Source: Clostridiaceae bacterium
GTDB taxonomy: Bacteria; Bacillota; Clostridia; Saccharofermentanales; DTU023
Direction: 5' to 3'
DNA: 64,000 bases
NCBI GenBank assembly: GCA_012521015.1
Contig: JAAYNE010000149.1
Location: 228-64,227, forward strand
A model generated the notes under the pieces. That model ran no database searches. It was not told the DNA's origin and saw only the letters and a list, made by a program, of their open reading frames with translations. How positions within the stretch are numbered: position 1 is the first letter of the stretch; every line of letters begins with the position of its first letter. A program made the position numbers and the translations under genes. Below are positions 18,422-29,045 of this stretch, piece by piece.

Positions 18422-19483
18422 TTATATTAATATTATACCGCCGCCTATGCAACGCTCTCCTTGATAGAAAACTGCAGCTTGTCCCGGAGTGATTGCTCTC
18501 TGAGGTTCGAGGCAATGTATTTCTACGTAATTCGGATTTTGATTGGTATGCTTGTGCACGATTGCTTTTGCTTTTTTTGCCTGATAACGATTTGCGACTT
18601 CAACTTCAAGCGGCAATTCCGGTTTGATTAAAGTGTTCCATTTGACATCTTTGATTGAATACCTGGTTGTCATCAAATTTTGAAGCTCGCCGATTGTAAT
18701 TTGATTGGTAAAAGAATCAATTTTTGTGACAAAGACTTTTTTGCCGAATGACATTCCTAAATTCTTTCTTTGTCCTATTGTATAATTACCGATTCCGAGA
18801 TGTTTGCCTACAACATTGCCTTGGGGATCAATAAAATTCCCGGGTTTGCCGATTGCGTTAAATCTGGTCAGTAAATCACGATAGGATTTATCGCGGGAAA
18901 TGAAACAAATGTCTTGACTGTCACTCAAAGAATCAATTTCAAAACCAATTTTGGCAGCGATTGATCTGACTTCCGTTTTATCTAAAATACCGAGAGGGAA
19001 TAAGGTACGTGATAATTGTTCTTGGGATAAGTGATATAAAATATAGCTTTGATCTTTGGTAATGTTTATTGCTTGCCATAATTGATATTCCGCTGATTTT
19101 CCCGCTTTAATTATTCTTGCATAATGGCCGGTTGCCAAATAGTCAAAATTACCGTCTGCTGCTTGTTCCATCAGATTAAACTTGAATTTTTGATTACAAA
19201 TTACACAGGGATTGGGAGTCAAACCGGATTGATATTGCATAATGAATTCTTGGACAATTTCCGTGAAAAATATTTGTTCTAAATCTAAAATCTGTAAAGG
19301 GATGTTCAAATGATCTGCCACATGCTGTACTTTGGTCAGATCACAGTGGTCACGTTGGACATCTTCTGTATCACGCCATAATTTCATATAGGCTCCGGTT
19401 ACCTGAAATCCTTGTTGTTTTAAGAGATATGCTGCAACTGTACTGTCGACACCGCCGCTCATACCGAGCAGAACTTTTTTCAT
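18422..19483 (-). CDS. mnmA: tRNA 2-thiouridine(34) synthase
   Basis: 353 aa. It has the PP-loop GMSGGVDSTVAA and conserved Cys residues (NPCVICN, DICF). Confidence 0.95.
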   Translation of the reverse strand: MKKVLLGMSGGVDSTVAAYLLKQQGFQVTGAYMKLWRDTEDVQRDHCDLTKVQHVADHLNIPLQILDLEQIFFTEIVQEFIMQYQSGLTPNPCVICNQKFKFNLMEQAADGNFDYLATGHYARIIKAGKSAEYQLWQAINITKDQSYILYHLSQEQLSRTLFPLGILDKTEVRSIAAKIGFEIDSLSDSQDICFISRDKSYRDLLTRFNAIGKPGNFIDPQGNVVGKHLGIGNYTIGQRKNLGMSFGKKVFVTKIDSFTNQITIGELQNLMTTRYSIKDVKWNTLIKPELPLEVEVANRYQAKKAKAIVHKHTNQNPNYVEIHCLEPQRAITPGQAAVFYQGERCIGGGIILI

Positions 19484-19843
19484 TTTATTTTTACTCCTTT
19501 ACTGTTGAAGAATATTCTAGAGATATTTGGTTTTAATAACAAGCAAGAACATTTTTGCTTATAAGTTTATAATGAATTTATTAACAGCAAAGTTAAACTG
19601 AGATAAATGTTTATATAATTTTATTTTATATTTGACTTCTAATAAAATGAGTACAATTTAGGTTTAAGTTTTACTTTCTATTAACATGATAAATGAGGAG
19701 GTTTGTTATTCTTGTGCGAAGAGTAAGTAATGTTAAATTAAGGACAGAAAGATGGTTGAATTAAAAAACATACAGATGAATGTCAAAATCGAAAGATTTT
19801 GATTTACCGGTATCGAAAACACAAAAATATAGTATGATTTAAA

Positions 19844-20179
19844 ATGAAGAGGGAAATTATGAATCGTAAAATAAAAAGATTAATGATTAGAATCGGTTTA
19901 GGTATCCTCGTAGCAGTTGTACTCTTGGCAATTATAATAGCAATTGGCTATTTTACAGCATATTCAAAAACCCCCGATCATTACGAAGTAAAATTTTTAG
20001 GTAGTAAAATTTATGATCTCACTCGTCAAGAAGGAGAATATGTTGGAACAGCTAATAATGCCCAAATGGGATTTTGGACTATTGTCATTACAATTGTTTT
20101 TGTTTTAATTTTGGAAGTAGTTTCCGCTTTCAAAAAAAGCAAGACAAATCAGAAGAGTAATAAAGACGAATTACAATGA
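19844..20179 (+). CDS. Small membrane protein, function unknown
   Basis: 111-aa ORF with two hydrophobic helices. The likelier start is ATG 19859 (MNRKIKR...), after a GAGGG-like SD. Confidence 0.4.
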   Translation: MKREIMNRKIKRLMIRIGLGILVAVVLLAIIIAIGYFTAYSKTPDHYEVKFLGSKIYDLTRQEGEYVGTANNAQMGFWTIVITIVFVLILEVVSAFKKSKTNQKSNKDELQ

Positions 20180-20245
20180 TAGAGTTTGTTAAATCAATCT
20201 GTAATACTTTCTCGCCTTGCCGGTAATATTCAAATAAAAAGATCA

Positions 20246-21580
20246 TTAAACGATTTCTTTGAGAGCTTTTAAAAGAGGCTCTCTTTTATTTTCCAATTTT
20301 TCGGTTAAGACAAGATTGAAAATTTGATTTAAAGCCTGACCGATTTGAGGTCCTTTCAGCCCGAGTGCCATGGCATCGTAACCGTCAATTTCCAGATCGG
20401 TAATTTGCAAAGCAGGTTTACTTTGGATGATTTTTTCCAACATCAGTGATACTTGGTTCAAATAATTGATTTGTTCATATTGTATCGCTTCGGATTTACC
20501 TGCAATATCGGCTTTTTTCAGAGCAATTAATTTATTCAGAGTATCAGGTCCGAATTTCCGCAAACGGCGTTTTAAGATAATTTGATCTAATTCCAGTGGA
20601 TAATCGTGATAGAGAACCAATGTTTCGACTGTGTCAATCAATTTTTTCTCGAATTTTAAATCTTGCATATTATTACGAGTGATTTCGGCTGAGATTTTAG
20701 AATGCTGATAAAAATGTCCGATACCTTCATTATCCAGAGAGAAAGTAGCAGGCTTACCGATATCATGATAAAGAGCAGCCAGACGCAAATCTAATTCCGG
20801 GGGGGTATTACAGATGACTTTTATTGTATGGCGAAATACATCATATGCATGATATGGATTGTGTTGTACGAAATCAAAAGTAGCTGCCAGTTGCGGAATA
20901 AATATAGCAAATATATCACGAAAATTGTAGAGGATCGAACTTAAGTCAGACGAGAGCATAATTTGTCTAAATTCATGTTGAATTCGTTCTTGAGAGATAT
21001 TCTTCAGTAAAGGAGCAAGTTCGTGCATAGATTTTGCGGTTTGCGATTCGATTGAAAATCCGAAACTTGCGGCAAACCTTAAGGCGCGTAAAATTCTTAA
21101 AGCATCTTCTGTTAATCGTTCTTGTGGTTGTCTGACAGTCCGGATAATTTTGTTTCTTAAATCTTGATAACCCGAGAAAGGATCGATTAAACCTTTATCA
21201 AGATGAAAAGCAATTGCATTGATTGTGAAATCGCGTCTTGCCAAGTCTGCGTTTAAATCAGTCGAAAAACTGACTTGCTGTGGATGGCGAAAATCGACAT
21301 ATTCGCTTTCAACCCGATAAGTTGTAATTTCTATCGGCATTTGTTCAATTATTACTGAAATTGTACCGAAATTTAAGCCGATCGGAATAACTTGAAATTC
21401 CGCAAAAACCTGGCAAATTTGTTCAGGTCGGGCGGAAGTTGTTAAGTCATAGTCGACAGGTATTTTATTGCGCAATAAATCACGTACTGAACCACCCACC
21501 AAATAAGCTTCAAAACCATGTTCGTTTAATAGCTTGATTGCTTGTTTAATTTGAGCGGGTATTTTATCCGATTTAATCAT
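20246..21580 (-). CDS. cca: CCA-adding tRNA nucleotidyltransferase
   Basis: 444 aa. The Pol-beta head domain shows GGSVRDLL...DYDLTT, RDFTINA is present, and the C-terminal HD region shows LYHDIGK. Confidence 0.85.
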   Translation of the reverse strand: MIKSDKIPAQIKQAIKLLNEHGFEAYLVGGSVRDLLRNKIPVDYDLTTSARPEQICQVFAEFQVIPIGLNFGTISVIIEQMPIEITTYRVESEYVDFRHPQQVSFSTDLNADLARRDFTINAIAFHLDKGLIDPFSGYQDLRNKIIRTVRQPQERLTEDALRILRALRFAASFGFSIESQTAKSMHELAPLLKNISQERIQHEFRQIMLSSDLSSILYNFRDIFAIFIPQLAATFDFVQHNPYHAYDVFRHTIKVICNTPPELDLRLAALYHDIGKPATFSLDNEGIGHFYQHSKISAEITRNNMQDLKFEKKLIDTVETLVLYHDYPLELDQIILKRRLRKFGPDTLNKLIALKKADIAGKSEAIQYEQINYLNQVSLMLEKIIQSKPALQITDLEIDGYDAMALGLKGPQIGQALNQIFNLVLTEKLENKREPLLKALKEIV

Positions 21581-22287
21581 TGATCTATCTCAATCTGAGC
21601 AATATCTTCAACGACTTTTGCAGCACAGATTAAACCGCAAACTGCCGGTACGTATGCCAATGATGCGATTGTTTTTTTGCTGTTCAGAGCAGGTTTTTCC
21701 GGTGAAAAAACTACCAGATGTTGTGCAATATTATTCCTCTTTAATTCGCTACGCAGCTTTTTTGCCAAACGATCATTATAGGTTTGAAATATATCGCAGA
21801 CTTTAAATCCGGTTGGATCGTATTTATTGCCTGTACCCATAGCGGAGATAATCGGAATTTGATTCTGATGAGCCTGAATAATCAAATCGATTTTCGATTG
21901 CACAGAGTCAATTGCATCAACTATATAATTCAAATCTCTTGGCAAAAAATCAAGACTGCTTTCGGCATGATAGAATACTTGATGAATGTTAATTTTTGCT
22001 TGCGGATTGATATCGAGGATGCGCTGTTTTACTACAGCAACTTTGGGAAGACCGATTGTTTGCTGCAATGCACAGAGTTGACGATTCAAATTACTTGGCT
22101 CAACTAAATCGTGATCAATCAATTCAAAATGACCGATACCTGATCTGGCTAAAGCTTCGGCGGTATAAGAGCCGACTCCGCCTAAACCGAATAGGGCAAC
22201 TTTGGCATTTTGCAAGTTAAATGCCCCTTGTTCTGTTAATAAAGGTAGAGATCTAATAAATAAAGGATTTTCTTTGATTTCTTTCAT
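21577..22287 (-). CDS. tcdA: tRNA threonylcarbamoyladenosine dehydratase (ThiF/E1-like)
   Basis: 236 aa. The Rossmann motif GLGGVGSYTAEALARSGIG is present and the length matches TcdA. Its 3' end overlaps the cca start by 4 nt. Confidence 0.75.
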   Translation of the reverse strand: MKEIKENPLFIRSLPLLTEQGAFNLQNAKVALFGLGGVGSYTAEALARSGIGHFELIDHDLVEPSNLNRQLCALQQTIGLPKVAVVKQRILDINPQAKINIHQVFYHAESSLDFLPRDLNYIVDAIDSVQSKIDLIIQAHQNQIPIISAMGTGNKYDPTGFKVCDIFQTYNDRLAKKLRSELKRNNIAQHLVVFSPEKPALNSKKTIASLAYVPAVCGLICAAKVVEDIAQIEIDQ

Positions 22288-22367
22288 TGTCGGCTCAACC
22301 TGATATTTTATAATAACAAAATAATTTTTGAGTCAAAGGATCAATTGAATTAATAACGATTTCACAA

Positions 22368-23357
22368 TTATTCTGCAGTGAAATACGCTTCCAATGCTTC
22401 CGGAGAATCTTCCGGTATAGATTTGAAACGACCTATCGGCAAGGGCTCGATAAACCCCCAATCACCAAATTTGAAATTATCGTCTTTGAGATTTTTCATA
22501 TGTTGCAGCAGACCGGTTGTTTGACTTTCTAAAGTATCAATATAATGTACGATGGCTGCCGCAACGGTGGTTGGACGATCACCGTAATCACCGTGATGTC
22601 CACTAATTACACTTTGTACCTGACGATAAAAAGTTTCGTCAAATAATTCGATAATCGCATCTTTATAGTTGGCAATAAACTCAATGCCCCGAACTCGGTG
22701 ATTGGCATACCAAAATTTTGAGGGAGCTAAATCTTCATATTCGAACACTTTACCTATATCATGAACCATAATTGAGAATGCCATAAGATCAGCACATTCC
22801 AATAAATCAGGATTGTTTTCCAACATTGCCGCCAAAATATTGAGCATTTTTGTAGTGTGATTAACCAGACCACCGATTTTATTATCGTGGTAATAAACGG
22901 CAGCCCCTTCAGTTGTGAAACGCCCTTTGATTTCAGGATCTTTAATTATTTCTTCAAGCAGATGCCAACAATCTTTGGATACACCTAAAGTACTAAGTTT
23001 ACGGATGGCTCTTTTCCAATTTTGATTAATCTGTTCACGCGGGATACGAGGTAAGAAATCATGTTTGGATATTTCCGGATTTTGGCAAACTTCAATCTTG
23101 CGTACAGTAAAATAAAATCCGTTGTATTCAGAACCGATAATTTCGACATCGTAAATACCTGCCCCGTTGGCTTGAACGGTTGAAAAAATTTCTTCTTCCC
23201 AAATTCGAAAATCATATTGACCGTCTTGCGCAAGAAATTGGCCAACCATAAAGTCACCATTTTTACCGGTGCGGATTGCCGGTACAACATTAATTAAGAC
23301 GGTACCTTGAGAAACTTTACCTTTTTCCTGTGCTTGCTTTAAGTCTAAAATCGACAT
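22368..23357 (-). CDS. yhaM: 3'-5' exoribonuclease, YhaM family (OB-fold plus HD domain)
   Basis: 329 aa. It has an N-terminal OB-fold-like region, then an HD domain (VHDIGKVFEY ... GHHG). Confidence 0.7.
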   Translation of the reverse strand: MSILDLKQAQEKGKVSQGTVLINVVPAIRTGKNGDFMVGQFLAQDGQYDFRIWEEEIFSTVQANGAGIYDVEIIGSEYNGFYFTVRKIEVCQNPEISKHDFLPRIPREQINQNWKRAIRKLSTLGVSKDCWHLLEEIIKDPEIKGRFTTEGAAVYYHDNKIGGLVNHTTKMLNILAAMLENNPDLLECADLMAFSIMVHDIGKVFEYEDLAPSKFWYANHRVRGIEFIANYKDAIIELFDETFYRQVQSVISGHHGDYGDRPTTVAAAIVHYIDTLESQTTGLLQHMKNLKDDNFKFGDWGFIEPLPIGRFKSIPEDSPEALEAYFTAE

Positions 23358-23546
23358 TATTTATGCTCCTTTGTAAAAGTCATCTTATGATTGGACATTC
23401 TGGTAATTATAAGATGAAATTACCAATATATGAAATGTTAATTGTAATATTGAAACACTTTATTGAATGTACCGCTAGTATACCAAAATTGTGTATAATT
23501 AGACTAATTAAGAAAAAGCATTTTTGAGATATTTGGAGGAAACCCA

Positions 23547-25685
23547 GTGAACTCAAATCAAAATTTGGCACAATATATAGAGCAATACGCTGATTGGTTT
23601 TTAGATACCCAACTATTACAAAACAACCAATACAGCAATAATTTATATCCATATGATAATTTATTTTCTCCAATTAAGCTGAATCAAATAAATGTGAAAA
23701 ATAGAATTATGTTTAATTGTTTGCCGAATTTTAATATGGCTGAACAGTCCGGCAGACCGACTGAAGCTTTATCGGCATTTTATGCAGAGCGAGCAAAAGG
23801 TGGTGTAGGACTGCTGGCGACAGGTGCTGTTCCGGTTACCGGCAAACTTGATCCTACAGTTACTGATTCATATGGTAGATCTATTTTCCCTCAAATTATT
23901 GACGCTCAATCTGTTCTGTCAGGTTGGGCGGAATTGACTGAAACTTGCCATGTTTTTTCCGCTAAGATATTTCTAACTCTATCCGCAGGTCCCGGTTTAA
24001 CGGGTACGTTAAGAATTGATCCCGGCAAGGCTAAACAACATTTTTTATTTGCCAAAAGACCGATTTCACCATCAGGCGGCAAAAGCTATACTCAAAATTT
24101 AAATACTCGACGTTTATCTGAGCGCGAGCTAAGACAAATTATTGCAAATTTTGCCCAAGCAGCTGAATTGGCTAAAGAAGTTGATTTTGATGGGATATTG
24201 ATTGAAGGAGGACGAGGTGGATTAATTGCTCAGATGTCAGATCCTGAAGTCAATAGACGAAAATTCGGTTTTTTCAGCAATTATCAAACATTTGCTTTAG
24301 AAATAATTCGCAGAATAAGAAGAATTACCGGATCCGATTATCCGATAATCTATAGTCTGGATCTCGATTCGGGGAATTTGCCTTTTGATTTCTTGAAGAA
24401 TTTGATCCAAGCCGGTGTTGACGGATTTGTGATTCGTCCGGGTAATTATGCTTATAAATGGTTGAGTCAAGGTGCGAGAACTTTGCCTCCCGGTTATAGT
24501 CTTAACTTAGCTGATCAGATTAAACATTTTTTCCAAACCGAGAATTTGCTTGGTTCCAATGGCGAACCTGTGCCAATTATAGCTTCAGGCAAGCTGGATT
24601 TTCCTGATTTAGCTGAAGAAGCACTGATATCCGGTCAAACGGATATGATTTGTCTGGAAAATGCTTTGTTGGCAGATCCGGAATGGGTGAACAAAGTATA
24701 TTGTAATTCAGTAGATTTAATTAAACCTGCGGTTCGAGCGGAATCTGACTATCAGCAGAAAATTTCCTGTTCGGTTAATCCGCGAATCGGTCAGGAGTAT
24801 AAATATAAAGATACAGTTATTCAAGTTGGCAGCCCGCGTAAAATCGCAGTTGTCGGTGCCGGTTTAGCGGGAATTGAATGTGCGATTGCAGCTCATTCCA
24901 GAGGACATGAAATGTGGTTATTTGAGCAAACCGGAAAAATTGGCGGCAAACTAAATAAAACTTTAATACCCAGCTTTAGGATTGATATTGCAAATTATTT
25001 ATCTTGGCAACAGAAACGTATAGCAAACTTGGTTGGAAACAGTTCGAATTTTAATCTTGTTTTAGATACAATTGCTACCATGTCAATGCTTGATGAAAGA
25101 AATTTTGATGTAATTGTGGTAGCGAGCGGTGGCAAATCAAAACCGTTTGAACAAACTGATATTGAGATGATTGATGTTTTAGATTTAGATTTCTCTAATA
25201 AAACCGATAAGACCGATAAGACCGAAGGAACTTTACTTGAGCGATTAAATATTGTCGAAAAGAATAAAATCGTAATTTACGGCGAGCATCCGATGGCATT
25301 GGACATTGCCTATAATTTGGTTTATGCCTATGATAAACAAGTATCTTTGTTGTTCGAAGGTGAAGAGCAAATTACTTTATTGCAGAATCTGGAAAGTCAA
25401 CATTTGCTGTACTTTTTGAAAAGAAAAAAAGTCGACATTTATTATAATGTAATATTGAATCAATTAGACAAGGAGCAAATCAGTTTTCAATCGACAGCCG
25501 GTAAGTATGTTTTACCGTATGATTTTTTATTTAAAGCAACCGGACTGGAAGCCGATCCGGAATTATATAATTTACTATACAAATATAAAATATCTCCTTA
25601 CGTATACCATATTGGTGATTGTGCTAAACCCGGTTCCAATGCAGATAATATCAAAGCCGGGTACAGATTGGGGATAAGTTTATGA
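23547..25685 (+). CDS. NADH:flavin oxidoreductase (OYE-like TIM barrel fused to an FAD/NAD(P)-binding domain; 2,4-dienoyl-CoA/enoate reductase-like)
   Basis: 712 aa with a GTG start. It shows NRIMFNCLP...ERAKGGVGLLATG in the OYE-like N-terminus. CSVNPRIGQE and the dinucleotide fold KIAVVGAGLAGIECA are in the C-terminal half. Confidence 0.7.
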   Translation: MNSNQNLAQYIEQYADWFLDTQLLQNNQYSNNLYPYDNLFSPIKLNQINVKNRIMFNCLPNFNMAEQSGRPTEALSAFYAERAKGGVGLLATGAVPVTGKLDPTVTDSYGRSIFPQIIDAQSVLSGWAELTETCHVFSAKIFLTLSAGPGLTGTLRIDPGKAKQHFLFAKRPISPSGGKSYTQNLNTRRLSERELRQIIANFAQAAELAKEVDFDGILIEGGRGGLIAQMSDPEVNRRKFGFFSNYQTFALEIIRRIRRITGSDYPIIYSLDLDSGNLPFDFLKNLIQAGVDGFVIRPGNYAYKWLSQGARTLPPGYSLNLADQIKHFFQTENLLGSNGEPVPIIASGKLDFPDLAEEALISGQTDMICLENALLADPEWVNKVYCNSVDLIKPAVRAESDYQQKISCSVNPRIGQEYKYKDTVIQVGSPRKIAVVGAGLAGIECAIAAHSRGHEMWLFEQTGKIGGKLNKTLIPSFRIDIANYLSWQQKRIANLVGNSSNFNLVLDTIATMSMLDERNFDVIVVASGGKSKPFEQTDIEMIDVLDLDFSNKTDKTDKTEGTLLERLNIVEKNKIVIYGEHPMALDIAYNLVYAYDKQVSLLFEGEEQITLLQNLESQHLLYFLKRKKVDIYYNVILNQLDKEQISFQSTAGKYVLPYDFLFKATGLEADPELYNLLYKYKISPYVYHIGDCAKPGSNADNIKAGYRLGISL

Positions 25686-26842
25686 GCAATAAAGTGCCTT
25701 TGAAAATTGCTCTTGTTGGTTGTGGTAGAGTTGCAGATAAACATCTCAAAGCATTCAATTATTTGGCAAAAAATAATAAGAAACACGGTAAAAGGGCAGA
25801 GCTGATTGCTTTGATAGATCCGTTTCCTCAAGCCAGAGAACGAATTTTGTCGGGATATAAATTTGTAAAGAATAAGACGACAGAAAAATGTAATAATGAT
25901 CCTACCGGCGGAAAAAATGCCGGACAATATATTCAACAATTTGATTCTATCGAAGATTTATTTGCAACAAATTTGAATGACGTTAACGAAAAACCTGACA
26001 TTGTGGCAATTACTACACCGTCCAGTCAACATTATACTCAAGCTAAACTGGCATTAGAAAATGATTGTCATGTTTTTATTGAAAAACCGATCGCGATGAA
26101 ATTGGAACATGCACAAGAATTACAAATCTTAGCTGGACAATACAATAAAAAAATTGTTATCGGTCATATTTATCGTTATTTTCCGGTGATAGGTTTGGTA
26201 GCACAAGATATTGTTCAGGGTATGTTCGGCAAACCTCTTTACGGCACAGTCAGCGTGCGTTGGGGTCATGATCAGGCATATTATGATCAAGCAGCGTGGC
26301 GCGGAACCAGAGAGCATGATGGCGGTGCAATCATGAACCAGAGTATCCATGCACTGGACTTAATGCATTGGTTATTGGGAGAACCCGATTTGATTTCAGT
26401 AAAAGGTGCAATCAGTACACAAATTCATCAAATGGAATCGGAAGATTTGGGTTTTGGAATTTTTGAATTGGCTGATAATCGCTGGCTAATGCTTGAAGGT
26501 ACAACTAATACGGAACCGACCAGACAGGAAGCATCATTTTTTGTTCGTTTGACTCAGGGTGATATTAAAGCCGGAATCTCGTCAGGCAAAATCTCATTTT
26601 CGGTTTTTGATTCTAACGGCAAACAACTAAAAAAGTGGTACATCAAGCGAGAAATTACTCAACGTATAAAAACTGAAGGTTTTTCTTATTTACTGCAAAT
26701 GGGTAACCCTCATACTGCAATCTATATAGATTTGATAGATAGTATTTTCCACGACAGACAACCTTTGGCAGATGTTGTCAGCGGCGTCAAATCCTTGGAA
26801 TTGGTATTGGCACTTTATCAAGATGCAGGTGTTGAGTTATAA
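25682..26842 (+). CDS. Gfo/Idh/MocA-family oxidoreductase
   Basis: 386 aa. The N-terminal Rossmann region shows KIALVGCGRVADKH, and the EKP motif (FIEKPIA) is present. It overlaps the upstream gene by 4 nt. Confidence 0.8.
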   Translation: MSNKVPLKIALVGCGRVADKHLKAFNYLAKNNKKHGKRAELIALIDPFPQARERILSGYKFVKNKTTEKCNNDPTGGKNAGQYIQQFDSIEDLFATNLNDVNEKPDIVAITTPSSQHYTQAKLALENDCHVFIEKPIAMKLEHAQELQILAGQYNKKIVIGHIYRYFPVIGLVAQDIVQGMFGKPLYGTVSVRWGHDQAYYDQAAWRGTREHDGGAIMNQSIHALDLMHWLLGEPDLISVKGAISTQIHQMESEDLGFGIFELADNRWLMLEGTTNTEPTRQEASFFVRLTQGDIKAGISSGKISFSVFDSNGKQLKKWYIKREITQRIKTEGFSYLLQMGNPHTAIYIDLIDSIFHDRQPLADVVSGVKSLELVLALYQDAGVEL

Positions 26843-26934
26843 TTATTGATGTTTTACTGCCAAATCAGTTCTAATGATTAATAAATAGTAGCAGAATAGG
26901 ATGAATTTTTACTTAAAAATCATCAGGAAAATAT

Positions 26935-27011
26935 GCACCAGTAGCTCAGCAGGATAGAGCACTTCCCTCCTAAGGAAGGGGCCGGGGGTTCAAATCCCTC
27001 CTGGTGCACCA
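26935..27011 (+). tRNA. tRNA-Arg (anticodon CCU), CCA-encoded
   Basis: It folds as a cloverleaf by hand. The acceptor stem is gcaccag/ctggtgc and the D-arm is gctc..gagc. The anticodon stem is cttcc/ggaag with loop ctCCTaa, and the T-loop is ggttcaaat. A 3' CCA is present. Confidence 0.9.
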
Positions 27012-27244
27012 CTGATATACAAGGTTTTCAGGCGTTTTGGGTTATACTGATTTTTGTTTTTGTTCCGTTCTCTTTTTGCCATTTTAAAACAGCCTCCTAT
27101 CTTTTTATTTTACCTTGATAGAAAGCTGTTTACTTATTTTTTCTTATTTACAGACTTTTCTGCACATTCTCTATCTAAGTTTTAGCTGGTTCTATAACCA
27201 TAAGCTGGATGTGATGAATTGTACTTTGCGGGTTTATGCTTGTT

Positions 27245-28009
27245 TTATCCAACATCACTGACAACGATAATTTCTTTACCAAGTTTCCTTATCAAATTTA
27301 CATCTTCGTCCAATATCTTTGAATCAGTAATTATAGTATCAATATTTTTTAGAGAAACACATAACTGCACAGATCTTTTTAACCATTTACTTGAATCAGC
27401 TAATAGAACGGTCTTTTTCCCAATATTGGCAAACCATCGTTTGTTCGCAATTAAAGTATCTGTATGTTCGTATGTTCCGTTGGGTGCTTTGAATGATCTA
27501 CACGAAATAAAAGAAATATCAACGTTGATTTTCTTTTGTAAGATATCTGGTGCATATTCCAATGTTAAATTATTTTTATTTAATGTGCCACTATGCATTA
27601 TTATTTTGACATTACCCAATTTTGCTAGTTCTGTTGCAAATGGTAAACTCGGTGTTATAGCAGTAAATCTTATGTTAGGATCTATTAAATTTACGATCCG
27701 ATGAATTGTTGTTCCAGAGTCAAAACAAATTGTACTGTTCGGACGAATCATCTTAGAAGCTTCATGAGCGATTAGAAATTTTTCTCTTGAGTTTAATTTT
27801 ATTTGTTCATCAAAAATTGTTGGTTTGGCATCATTTGTTAAATATGCACAACCGTGACGACGAACTACTAAATTTCTTTCTTCTAAGGAATCTAAATGTC
27901 TTCTTATTGTCATTTCTGCACAACCTATAAGCTCACTCAACTCGTTAACAGATAGCACTTGATGCCTCTCTAAGAACGAAATAATCTGTATGTCTTTTGA
28001 AATTGCCAT
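27245..28009 (-). CDS. DeoR/GlpR-family transcriptional regulator
   Basis: 254 aa. The N-terminal HTH is LSVNELSELIGCAEMTIRRHLDSLEE, followed by a sugar-phosphate sensor domain. It is divergent from the transketolase operon. Confidence 0.9.
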   Translation of the reverse strand: MAISKDIQIISFLERHQVLSVNELSELIGCAEMTIRRHLDSLEERNLVVRRHGCAYLTNDAKPTIFDEQIKLNSREKFLIAHEASKMIRPNSTICFDSGTTIHRIVNLIDPNIRFTAITPSLPFATELAKLGNVKIIMHSGTLNKNNLTLEYAPDILQKKINVDISFISCRSFKAPNGTYEHTDTLIANKRWFANIGKKTVLLADSSKWLKRSVQLCVSLKNIDTIITDSKILDEDVNLIRKLGKEIIVVSDVG

Positions 28010-28199
28010 TTTAAACCCACTTTCATTGCGTCATATTCTAATCAGCTCGAAATATATAAAGATAAGATGTTTGAAAAGAAACATTGTTTTTGATTAATAT
28101 GCTTTTGCTCTCTTTTTGAAAAGATTACTATATTACTGACAAACAAACCAATAATATTATAAACTAAAAAGATTATTTTCACAAAAGAAAGGGGATTTT

Positions 28200-29045
28200 A
28201 TGCTTAAAAAATTAGATTCTGAAGCTGTAAAAGAGCTTAAAATAAAATCTGCAAATGTTCGTTTTAAAACAGTTGAGCTGATTCACAATGCAGGCGCAGG
28301 ACATACTGGTGGTGATATGTCAGCAGCTGATATATTGATAGCTCTCTATTCATACATGAATGTGGATCCCAAGAGTAAGAATTCTTGTGATAGAGACTTT
28401 TTTATAATGAGTAAAGGGCACTCGGCAGAGATATATTATAATGTGCTTGCCGAATTTGGCTTTTTAGATTATGAATCGTTAGATACACTAGGAAGTTTTG
28501 GTTCTGAGTTTGGTGGACACCCTACTAATAACATTCCTGGAGTTGAAGCGAATACTGGTTCTTTAGGTCATGGGTTAGGAATCGGGGTAGGGATTGCTCT
28601 TGGTTTAAAACGCGATAATAAAACAAATCAAGTTTATGTTTTAACGGGAGATGGTGAATTGTCAGAGGGTAGCAATTGGGAGGCGGCCATGTCAGCAGGA
28701 AAATACAAATTAGATAACCTTACTTGGATTATAGATAGAAACTATCTGCAAATTAGTGGAAAGACCGAAGATGTAATGCCTCTAGAACCTTTAAAGATGA
28801 AAATAAATTCTTTCGGTTTTGAGGTGTATACAATAAATGGACATAAATATGAAGAAATTTTTGAAGTGTTAAATGTTCCATTTTTCAGAAAACCAAAAGC
28901 AGTTATAGCTGAGACCATAAAAGGATACGGAATTAGAGATGGCGAAAATATTGCTTCATGGCATCATAAGGTTCCCGATAAAAAACAAGTTGCTCAGATG
29001 GAAGTAGATATGAAATCACTTATAGAGGAGATTAAAAATGGGTAA
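28200..29045 (+). CDS. Transketolase, N-terminal (TPP-binding) subunit
   Basis: 281 aa. It shows GHTGGDMSAADIL, GSLGHGLGIGVG and GDGELSEGSNWEA. Confidence 0.9.
   Translation: MLKKLDSEAVKELKIKSANVRFKTVELIHNAGAGHTGGDMSAADILIALYSYMNVDPKSKNSCDRDFFIMSKGHSAEIYYNVLAEFGFLDYESLDTLGSFGSEFGGHPTNNIPGVEANTGSLGHGLGIGVGIALGLKRDNKTNQVYVLTGDGELSEGSNWEAAMSAGKYKLDNLTWIIDRNYLQISGKTEDVMPLEPLKMKINSFGFEVYTINGHKYEEIFEVLNVPFFRKPKAVIAETIKGYGIRDGENIASWHHKVPDKKQVAQMEVDMKSLIEEIKNG

Noticed and set aside
26990-27098. Minus-strand 30-codon ORF with an AGGAGG SD (ATG at 27082) running antisense into the tRNA-Arg 3' half. It could be a vestigial integrase or transposase start.
   Set aside because: The SD is part of a hairpin (27087-27132) that is more simply a terminator downstream of the DeoR gene. 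The peptide has no recognisable similarity and ends inside the tRNA. I kept it only as a weak hint of an island junction.
27219-27704. 161-aa plus-strand ORF overlapping the DeoR gene
   Set aside because: It is entirely antisense to a well-supported regulator gene, has no SD, and its translation is hydrophobic and low-complexity.
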